A stretch of 17,547 bases of DNA from the NCBI GenBank assembly GCA_024404275.1, contig JAKSQG010000021.1, positions 1-17,547 on the forward strand, given 5' to 3'. The stretch is from Clostridia bacterium. GTDB taxonomy: Bacteria > Bacillota > Clostridia > Christensenellales > Aristaeellaceae. Within the stretch, counting starts at the first letter, position 1. Every line of letters starts with the position of its first letter. Shown here piece by piece: positions 6,737-13,553 of the stretch. The notes under the pieces are model-generated. The model was not told the origin of the DNA, ran no database searches, and saw only the letters and a list, made by a program, of their open reading frames with translations. The position numbers and the translations under genes are program-made.

Positions 6737-7441
6737 TTACAGGTCGGCTTTGACGTAGAACTCCGCGCCGTCATCCAGACGAAGACAGGCCAGGCGTGCC
6801 GCGCTGAAACCATAGCCGCAGCAGCAATCGATATCGGTAAAGCCTTCAGCGTGCAGGATACGGAAATGGTCGCCGCGCTCGGTCAGCTTGCGGGAATAAA
6901 CATACATCTCTTCATCACTGCCGGGACAGACAAACTCGCACACGGGCGTATGACCGATGATAAGACGCGTATTGGGCGGCAGGTCGGGAACGGTATCGAT
7001 CTTGGGACGGTTCCAGACAATCTCATGCGTGCTGTTGCCCAGAAAACCGTGCACCAGAATGTAGTGCGTGCCATTGATATCCAGCTCTTCCTGCGGTTTG
7101 AGCGAACGGATGAAATCCATGGTCTCTTCTTTTTCCTCATCGGTCAGTGTATCCAATCCTTTGAGGGTAAAAAAGTTGCCGTTGCGGTTCCAGCGGCGGA
7201 TGATGGTGGTGTCGGCATCCGGCTCAAAAAAGTGCAGGCACATGTCCTCATGGTTGCCGAGGATCATGCGGATGCCCGGAGTTTTCATCGCAAAGCGCAG
7301 CAGCTCAACGGGCTTGGGACCGCGGTCCACCACATCGCCTAAGATGTATACGGTGTCGCTGTCTGAAAAATCGATCAGCTTCAGCATTTCCTGCAGGGCG
7401 TCAAACGAGCCGTGCAGGTCGCTCATGACGTAAGTTGCCAT
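6737..7441 (-). CDS. PPP-family metallophosphoesterase (Ser/Thr protein phosphatase 1 / PrpE-ApaH-like)
   Basis: The ORF track extends to 7525, but RBS ggaaggagagg precedes ATG 7441 (MATYVMSDLHGSFD...). Motifs DLHG, GDVVDRG and GNHE are the calcineurin-like phosphoesterase signature. 234 aa, stop TAA. Confidence 0.85.
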   Translation of the reverse strand: MATYVMSDLHGSFDALQEMLKLIDFSDSDTVYILGDVVDRGPKPVELLRFAMKTPGIRMILGNHEDMCLHFFEPDADTTIIRRWNRNGNFFTLKGLDTLTDEEKEETMDFIRSLKPQEELDINGTHYILVHGFLGNSTHEIVWNRPKIDTVPDLPPNTRLIIGHTPVCEFVCPGSDEEMYVYSRKLTERGDHFRILHAEGFTDIDCCCGYGFSAARLACLRLDDGAEFYVKADL

Positions 7442-7463
7442 TTCAATCCTCTCCTTCCAAACC

Positions 7464-7492
7464 ATTATAGCACAAACGCGAAGCGTTTTTAA
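7464..7492 (-). promoter_or_regulatory. candidate promoter for the metallophosphatase gene
   Basis: On the minus strand: TTAAAA (7492-7487), 17-nt spacer, TATAAT (7469-7464), with an extended -10 (gTGcTATAAT). The -35 is weak. Confidence 0.4.
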
Positions 7493-7559
7493 GGGGGAGA
7501 GGCACACCGGGCCTGCAAAAAGCATGTTTCAAAACATCGTCCGCTCCTTTGCCGCATTC

Positions 7560-7588
7560 TTGATTTCAGTGCGGCCACCGAGTATAAT
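7560..7588 (+). promoter_or_regulatory. candidate promoter for the FliB-like gene
   Basis: TTGATT (7560-7565), 17-nt spacer, TATAAT (7583-7588). RBS ggggagag precedes ATG 7613. Confidence 0.55.
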
Positions 7589-7612
7589 AAAGGGCGGAAA
7601 GGGGAGAGAAAC

Positions 7613-8545
7613 ATGAAAAGTGTCATGCCGGATTATCTTCCTTCCTTCAAGTGCATCGCGGGGCGCTGCCGTCATACCTGCTGCGCGGGATGGGAGATCG
7701 ACATTGATGAATACTCCCTGGAACGCTGGCGGCAGGTAAAGGGTCCCTTTGGCGAACGCCTGCGGGGCTGCATTGAACAGGACGCCGACAGCGCGCATTT
7801 TTGCCTGCTGCCGGGGGATCGCTGCCCGCTGCTGCGGGCGGACGGCCTGTGCGAGATGATCGTGCAGTTGGGGGAAGACAGCCTGTGTGATATCTGTGCC
7901 GATCATCCCCGCTTCCGCAACTTTTTCAGCGACCGCGAGGAATTGGGGCTTGGGCTTTGCTGTGAGGAAGCCGCGCGGCTGATTCTGACCCGCGAAACAC
8001 CGGTCTGCCTGATGGAAATGGGCGATGAAGCGCTGCGGTATGAAGAAACCGCACTGCTGAGTCTGCGCGCGGAAGCCATCGGGCAGGCACAAGACAGAAC
8101 GCTTTCCATGGAAGAGCGCTTATGCCGCCTGGAGGAGGAAACCGGCGGGGCGGTGTTTGCGACCGGTCCCGAGGCGGCTGCGCTGCTGCGTCCGCTGGAA
8201 CGTCTGGACACGGCGTGGGAGGAGCGGCTGGACTGCCTTGAAAAACAGCCCTCGCTGACCCTTTGCAATCACGCCGATACGCCCCTTGAGCAGCTGTGCG
8301 TGTACTTTTTGTTCCGTCACCTGCCCGGTGCGGCAGAGGATGGCAGGTTCACGGAAAGGCTGCTGATGTGTACCCTGCTCACACGCGTGACGGCGGCGAT
8401 CAGCCGCGGCATGGATGACTTGATCGAAGCTGCCCGGCAGATTTCCGGAGAGATCGAATACTCCGATGAAAACATCGGGCTGATTCTGGACAAGATCAAA
8501 GAAAAAACACAAGATCGATCAGATTTATTCACGATTCTGCCATAA
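7613..8545 (+). CDS. FliB-family (flagellin lysine-N-methylase-like) / YkgJ-like cysteine-cluster protein
   Basis: 310 aa. N-terminal FKCIAGRCRHTCCAGWEIDID (CxxxxCxxxCC-GW-I-ID), then CPLLRADGLCEMI and CDICADHPRF. This matches my recollection of the FliB/UPF0153 Cys-rich signature. The family assignment is from memory and unverified. Confidence 0.6.
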   Translation: MKSVMPDYLPSFKCIAGRCRHTCCAGWEIDIDEYSLERWRQVKGPFGERLRGCIEQDADSAHFCLLPGDRCPLLRADGLCEMIVQLGEDSLCDICADHPRFRNFFSDREELGLGLCCEEAARLILTRETPVCLMEMGDEALRYEETALLSLRAEAIGQAQDRTLSMEERLCRLEEETGGAVFATGPEAAALLRPLERLDTAWEERLDCLEKQPSLTLCNHADTPLEQLCVYFLFRHLPGAAEDGRFTERLLMCTLLTRVTAAISRGMDDLIEAARQISGEIEYSDENIGLILDKIKEKTQDRSDLFTILP

Positions 8546-8612
8546 AAATGCATTATACTGAAAAACGGTTCACAAAGACAGCCTTTGTTCTTTGAAATCA
8601 TTCTCCTTAAGA

Positions 8613-8639
8613 CCGGAAAACGGGAGCATTGTTTTCCGG
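8613..8639 (+). other. hairpin in the leader of the VTC gene
   Basis: Perfect 9-bp stem ccggaaaac/gttttccgg with loop gggagcatt, 22 nt upstream of ATG 8662. No T-tract. Confidence 0.35.
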
Positions 8640-8661
8640 CCTGAGCGCGAAAGGAAACCGC

Positions 8662-9330
8662 ATGCGACACGAAATCAAAAGCCGGCTCACAGCCGCGTAG
8701 GCTGCAGCGGTGCGGGTGCGCCTTCGGGCCATTACCACACTGGACCCGCATGTGCGGGAAGACGGCACCTATGATATCCACAGCGTGTACATGGATACGC
8801 CCACCGACCGTGCGCTGATGGAAAAACAGGTGGGCATGCCGGTGCGCGACAAATACCGCATCCGCTATTACAATGAGGACAGAGAGCATTTTGTCATTGA
8901 GCGCAAAAGCAAGGTGGGGTCGCTGTGTGACAAGGTGGGCTGCAAGCTGACCCGCAATGAGCTAGACCGTCTGCTGGCGGGAGACATCGACTGGATGCTT
9001 CATGACGACAGGCGCCTGCTCCGGGAGGTATGGCTGCGCATGAAAAATGAATTGCTGGCCCCCCGCATGCAGGTGCATTACACCCGGGAACCCGTCATCT
9101 ACGGTCCCGGCAATGTGCGGGTCACGCTGGACAGCAACATCCGTACGGGTCTGTACAATCCCGATTTTTTGACCGAGGGGCTGGTAAGACCCCGCACGCA
9201 GTCGCCGGATTTTGTGCTGCTGTAGGTCAAGTTTGATGCCTATCTGCCGCAGATCATTGCCGATATTACGCAGTGTAACTGCCGCCCCATGTCTTTTTCC
9301 AAATTTGAAGCCTGCCACAGCTATGATTGA
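8662..9330 (+). CDS. VTC-domain (polyphosphate-polymerase-like, triphosphate-tunnel fold) protein. A single frame is interrupted by in-frame TAG at 8698-8700 and 9223-9225: either a pseudogene or recoded.
   Basis: The standard-code ORF is 8710..9225 (GTG start). The same frame continues upstream to ATG 8662 (MRHEIKSRLTAA, then TAG) and downstream after the second TAG (VKFDAYLPQIIADITQCNCRPMSFSKFEACHSYD, then TGA 9328-9330). That gives 222 codons, the normal family length, and restores the family-typical N-terminal RHEIK strand and C-terminal L-x-VK-[FY]-D...FSK[FY]xAC end. Confidence 0.75.
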
Positions 9331-9343
9331 GAGGAATATAACG

Positions 9344-10021
9344 ATGAACAGCCTGCTGAAAGAAATTTTCTCCTGCAACGTGCCGGAAACGGCCCTGGCT
9401 TTTTCTCTGCCGGATTGCCTGATCGTGATGGCGGTCGCCGCATTGCTTGGCGTATTCATCGCCGCCTTGTATAAGGCCACCTATCAGGGTGTGATGTACA
9501 CCATGACCTATGGCGTGACGCTGGTGGGCATGGCCATGATCAGCGCCATGATCCTGCGTGTGGTGACCAGCAATGTGGTGCTGACGCTGGGCATGGTGGG
9601 CGCGCTGAGCATCATCCGCTTCCGCACCTCCATCAAGGAGCCCATGGACATCATGTACATGTTCTGGGCAGTGGGTGTGGGCATCGCCGTGGGCGCGGGC
9701 ATGCTGGGCGTGGCGATCATCGGCTCGCTGGTCATCGGCGCGGTGGTGGTTTTCCTCACCCGCGGACGCACCAACGGCGTGCCGTATATTCTGGTGCTGA
9801 ACGCGCAGGATCAGGCGGCTGAAAACGCTGCGCTGGCGCTGGTCAAGGATCAGGTCAAGCGTATGCGCCTCAAGAGCAAAAGCGTGACCAAAGCGGGCAC
9901 CGAGCTGACGCTTGATATCCGCCTGAAGGAGGAAAACACCGACTTCATGCATGAAGTCGCGGCCATGGAAGGCATTACCAATGCCGTGCTGGTGACCTAT
10001 AACGGCGAATACATGACCTGA
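9344..10021 (+). CDS. DUF4956-domain integral membrane protein (usual partner of bacterial VTC-domain proteins)
   Basis: RBS gagagga/gaggaa precedes ATG 9344 (MNSLLKEIF...); the ORF-track start at 9212 overlaps the VTC gene. It has several TM helices and the signature GALSIIRFRTSIKEPMDIMYMFWAV. It begins 13 nt after the VTC stop. Confidence 0.85.
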   Translation: MNSLLKEIFSCNVPETALAFSLPDCLIVMAVAALLGVFIAALYKATYQGVMYTMTYGVTLVGMAMISAMILRVVTSNVVLTLGMVGALSIIRFRTSIKEPMDIMYMFWAVGVGIAVGAGMLGVAIIGSLVIGAVVVFLTRGRTNGVPYILVLNAQDQAAENAALALVKDQVKRMRLKSKSVTKAGTELTLDIRLKEENTDFMHEVAAMEGITNAVLVTYNGEYMT

Positions 10022-10040
10022 CGGCAAAAGAGACCGACGA

Positions 10041-10079
10041 ACCCGTGAAGGATCCAAAGTGTTCCTTCACGGGTTTTTT
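10041..10079 (+). terminator. intrinsic terminator after the VTC-DUF4956 pair
   Basis: Perfect 12-bp stem acccgtgaagga/tccttcacgggt, followed by TTTTTT. Confidence 0.85.
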
Positions 10080-10142
10080 GATATTTTGGACAGATAATGC
10101 AAAAAACGAGGGGAAAATAAGGCATTTATTTGCGGAAAATGC

Positions 10143-10171
10143 TGGAACAGTCTGGCAATTTATTGTATAAT
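10143..10171 (+). promoter_or_regulatory. candidate promoter of the glycosidase/deacetylase operon
   Basis: TGGAAC (10143-10148), 17-nt spacer, TATAAT (10166-10171), with an extended -10 (tTGtTATAAT) in an AT-rich spacer. Confidence 0.45.
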
Positions 10172-10238
10172 TTCAGCAGACTGCTGACCCGAGCAGCGAA
10201 AAAAGGGAATGAATTGTATCCCGAACAAGGAGAAACCA

Positions 10239-11192
10239 ATGAAAAAGAGTTTCCTGCTGGTATTGCTTGTACTGATCGGCTGCATGGCGACGTGCAGCGC
10301 CAGTACGTTGTTTCCTTCCAACGCGCCCTGTGAAAGACCGGAGATCGAAGGTGTCGACGAGGATGGCTATTTGCTGTCGGACGAGGATGAGTTTGTGTAT
10401 GCCGATGCGGAAAACGGCCTGTGGGTGTATGTCAGCAGTGAAATGAGGGTGGAGATCGACCGTTTCAAGGCCAATGACCTGGACCTGGTGTGGCTTTCCG
10501 CCCACATCTGGCAGAAGGAGCCGACCGGCTTTGAAACCTTTTTCAGCAATGAAAAAAAGCCATGGGATGACCATATGAATCAGGAAACGCTGTCCCGACG
10601 CGAGCGGCTGATCTTTTCCTGCAATTCGGACTTTTTCTCTGCCCGACTGGGCGACATACCCGTGGGCATCGTCATCCGTCACGGCAAGGTCATTTCCAAA
10701 AAGACCGCTGCCAGCCGCAGCGGCATTCCCACACTGGACCTGATGGCGTTCTATCCCGATGGCGTGATGAAAACGTACGGTTCGCGTGAATATACGCCGG
10801 ATGCTCTGCTGGAGATGGGCGTGACGGATACCGTCTGTTTCGGACCGATCCTGGTACGCGATGGCGAGCTGAAGCTGGAGTATCTTCAAAATCTGGGGCA
10901 TGCCCGTGAGCCGCGTACGGCGCTTGGCATGATCGAGCCGGGGCATTATGTCTGCATCCTGACCGAGGGCAGAACCAAGGACAGCGAGGGCGTGGAGCTT
11001 TCCTGGCTCGGTCAAATGATGGCAGAGGAAGGCTGTGTGGAGGCGCTCAACCTGGACGGCGGTAAGACCAGTGTGATGTGCTTCATGGGCAACAAGATCA
11101 ACCAAACCGGTCTTCCCGGCAAGGATGAGTATGCCCGCAGAACGACCGATCTGCTGGGCATCGGACATTCCGAAAAGGTGACAAAGCCGTGA
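10239..11192 (+). CDS. phosphodiester glycosidase family (NAGPA/DUF2233-like) lipoprotein, paralogue 1
   Basis: RBS aaggag precedes ATG 10239. Lipoprotein signal MKKSFLLVLLVLIGC (lipobox LIGC). C-terminal motifs GVTDTVCFGPILVRDG, REPRTALG and ALNLDGGKTSVM are characteristic of the family as I recall it. Confidence 0.85.
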   Translation: MKKSFLLVLLVLIGCMATCSASTLFPSNAPCERPEIEGVDEDGYLLSDEDEFVYADAENGLWVYVSSEMRVEIDRFKANDLDLVWLSAHIWQKEPTGFETFFSNEKKPWDDHMNQETLSRRERLIFSCNSDFFSARLGDIPVGIVIRHGKVISKKTAASRSGIPTLDLMAFYPDGVMKTYGSREYTPDALLEMGVTDTVCFGPILVRDGELKLEYLQNLGHAREPRTALGMIEPGHYVCILTEGRTKDSEGVELSWLGQMMAEEGCVEALNLDGGKTSVMCFMGNKINQTGLPGKDEYARRTTDLLGIGHSEKVTKP

Positions 11193-12385
11193 GAAACGTA
11201 AAGAGAAGGTATGGCCTGTATATCGGGGCGATGATGCTGGCGGCGCTTTTCTGCCTGCTGACGGCGGCGGGTAGCGCCCGGGCGGAAGCGGCACGGAACA
11301 TCGTGGATCAATGCCATTTGTACGCCCCGCAGAACACGGAAAAGCTGGGAAACGCCCATGACGGCAACGATTTTACCATGTGGTCGTGCTCCGAGGCGTC
11401 CTATCTGCAGTTTGAGGTGCCCGAGGGGCAGACTGTGCACGGCGTGTACATCAAGTGGGGCATGGATGTGCCCGAATGGCAGATCGTCAAGACGGAAGAC
11501 AGCGCTGAAGTACTGTGCGGCGGCAGCGAGGGTCATGCGCATGAATATAAGACTTGTCTGCTGGAAAGCGGTACCTATCGCTTGAAGTTGACGGCTGCCC
11601 CCGAGGATGGGCGCATGCGTATCCGCGAGATCGCGCTGTATACCGATGGTGAACTGCCGAAGGATGTGCAGGTATGGCAGGTGCCGTCTGACAAGGTGGA
11701 CCTGATGGCCATGCCGGCGCATCCCGATGATGAGCTGCTGTTTTTCGGCGGCACGCTGCCGTATTATGCCGGAGAGCTGAAGAAGGATGTGCTGGTGGTC
11801 TATCCTACGTGCGCGACCTATAACCGCCGTACCGAAATGCTCAATGGCCTGTGGCATTGCGGGGTCAGGCTGTATCCCGTCATCGGACCGTTTGATGATG
11901 AAAAATTCTACACCGCCAATGAGATGTATCGTCATTGGGGCGGCCGGGAAAAGGTGCTGCAGTACTTTACCGAGGTCATCCGCCGTTATCGCCCGGATGT
12001 GATCGTGACCCACGATGTCAACGGTGAGTACGGTCATGGCGGACACATGGCGGTGTGCGCTTCGGTGACCGACGCGGTGACAAGAACGGCGGCGGACGCG
12101 GCGTATGAGACGCAATCGGCACCGTGGCAGGTGAAAAAGCTTTATGTACACCTGTATGAAGAACAGACGCGGGATATGAACTGGGAGATTCCGCTGGAGG
12201 CCTTTGACGGCAAGACGGCCTTTAAGATTGCCGAGGAAGCCTTCCTCTGCCACGAGTCGCAGACGCAGTCGTTCAATATGCATTCGGACGGAAGTTATTC
12301 CTGCCGCCGGTTCGGGCTGGCTTATTCATCGGTCGGCGATGATGTGAACATGGATGACTTTTTTGAAAACATCAACAAGGAGTAA
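11189..12385 (+). CDS. secreted PIG-L/LmbE-family N-acetylglucosaminyl deacetylase with an N-terminal discoidin (F5/8 type C)-like domain
   Basis: The GTG start overlaps the upstream TGA (GTGA), suggesting translational coupling. Signal peptide ends ...AAGSARA-EA. HDGNDFTMW and RIREIALY are discoidin-like. AHPDDE (11717-11734) and GHGGH (HxxH) are PIG-L motifs. The start is uncertain; the alternative is ATG 11231. Confidence 0.8.
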   Translation: MRNVKRRYGLYIGAMMLAALFCLLTAAGSARAEAARNIVDQCHLYAPQNTEKLGNAHDGNDFTMWSCSEASYLQFEVPEGQTVHGVYIKWGMDVPEWQIVKTEDSAEVLCGGSEGHAHEYKTCLLESGTYRLKLTAAPEDGRMRIREIALYTDGELPKDVQVWQVPSDKVDLMAMPAHPDDELLFFGGTLPYYAGELKKDVLVVYPTCATYNRRTEMLNGLWHCGVRLYPVIGPFDDEKFYTANEMYRHWGGREKVLQYFTEVIRRYRPDVIVTHDVNGEYGHGGHMAVCASVTDAVTRTAADAAYETQSAPWQVKKLYVHLYEEQTRDMNWEIPLEAFDGKTAFKIAEEAFLCHESQTQSFNMHSDGSYSCRRFGLAYSSVGDDVNMDDFFENINKE

Positions 12386-12391
12386 ATGCGC

Positions 12392-13342
12392 ATGAAAAAG
12401 CTGGCTGTTTTATTGTTGACGGCGTTGCTGCTGCTTCCGCTCTTTGCCGGGGCAGATGAGATCATTCCCGCAAACGAGAAACATCCGCGCCCCGAAATTG
12501 AAAACGTGGGTGAGGACGGTTATCTTGTGAACGAAGATGATGAGTTTATCTATGAGGATGCCGAGGAAGGTTTGTGGCTGTATGTCAGCAGTGACCTGCG
12601 GGTGGAGATCGATCGCTACACCGCCTCCAACATGCAGCTCATCTGGTATACCGCCCACATCTGGCAAAAGGACGGTGACGGCATGCACACCTTCCTTTCC
12701 AACCCCGCGAAACCTTTTGAAGACCGTATGTGGGTGGAACAGATCGCCCGCAAATATCAGCTGGTGTTTGCCATGAACGGCGACTTCTATGAGGACCGCG
12801 TCGGCAACATGCCCGTTGGCTGCATCATCCGCAACGGCAAGGTCATCAACAGCAAGCCCTCCATCCGCAGTGAGATTCCCACGCTGGACATTCTGGCATT
12901 GTTTTCCGACGGTACCATGCGCTGCTTTGGCGGGCGCAGCAATACGGCGGACGAATATCTGGCGATGGGCGTAACGGATACCATTTGCTTTGGACCCATC
13001 CTCATCCGTGATGGCGCTGTCAATGAAAAACAGCTGGTGGATATGGGCCGAGCGAGAGAGCCGCGTACCGCGCTTGGCATGGTGGAAAAGGGTCATTATG
13101 TGGCAATGCTGGTGGAAGGACGCACGGAAAACAGCATTGGCTCCCGCTACATTGAAACGGCGGAAATGATGGCCAAGGAAGGCTGCGTGGAAGCCCTGAA
13201 TCTGGACGGCGGTCAGACGGCGGTGATGTGTTTTATGGGCACCAAGCTGAACGTGACCGGGCAGTATGGCAAAGGCAGCGAACAGCGCCTGGTGACCGAT
13301 ATTGTCGGCATCGGCCACAGCGTGCAGGTAACGGAAAAATAA
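12392..13342 (+). CDS. phosphodiester glycosidase family (NAGPA/DUF2233-like) secreted protein, paralogue 2
   Basis: RBS aaggag (12377-12382) is 9 nt before ATG 12392; ATG 12386 is the alternative start. Signal peptide MKKLAVLLLTALLLLPLFAGA. Collinear with and by eye roughly half identical to the 10239..11192 product (RPEIENVGEDGYL..., GVTDTICFGPILIRDG, ALNLDGGQTAVM). Confidence 0.85.
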   Translation: MKKLAVLLLTALLLLPLFAGADEIIPANEKHPRPEIENVGEDGYLVNEDDEFIYEDAEEGLWLYVSSDLRVEIDRYTASNMQLIWYTAHIWQKDGDGMHTFLSNPAKPFEDRMWVEQIARKYQLVFAMNGDFYEDRVGNMPVGCIIRNGKVINSKPSIRSEIPTLDILALFSDGTMRCFGGRSNTADEYLAMGVTDTICFGPILIRDGAVNEKQLVDMGRAREPRTALGMVEKGHYVAMLVEGRTENSIGSRYIETAEMMAKEGCVEALNLDGGQTAVMCFMGTKLNVTGQYGKGSEQRLVTDIVGIGHSVQVTEK

Positions 13343-13356
13343 AGAATACCAAAGTG

Positions 13357-13400
13357 GGGGATGCTTTTTCAAAGAGGAAAAGCGTCTCCCCTTTTTCTTT
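13357..13400 (+). terminator. intrinsic terminator of the glycosidase/deacetylase operon
   Basis: Stem gggg-at-gctttt / aaaagc-gtct-cccc (bulged), followed by TTTTTCTTTT. Confidence 0.6.
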
Positions 13401-13553
13401 TGACAATTTTCAGGAAAAGCAGAACGCTTTGAAGGATTTAACGCAAAGAAGGCGAATAATAACCTTATGATGCCATAAACAAGTCGCAATCCATTGAAAA
13501 AGTGTGATTTGTAATTGCGAAAAAAATCCGTTTGCGCAAGGAGGAGTTTGTCA

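Noticed and set aside
6400-6813. 137-aa minus-strand ORF covering the hairpin-rich intergenic region
   Set aside because: It runs through four stem-loops and into the 3' end of the phosphatase gene in another frame. It has no RBS and odd composition, so the region is better read as non-coding.
6734-8092. ORFs 6734..7342 (+) and 7529..8092 (-)
   Set aside because: They are antisense to the metallophosphatase and FliB-like genes respectively and have no independent support.
8698-8700. Pyrrolysine as the explanation for the in-frame TAG codons
   Set aside because: Pyl is known essentially in methylamine methyltransferases and needs a pylTSBCD cluster, none of which is visible here. The three TAGs fall at positions that homologues fill with Glu/Asp. 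I cannot exclude it without the whole genome, but it is the least likely recoding model.
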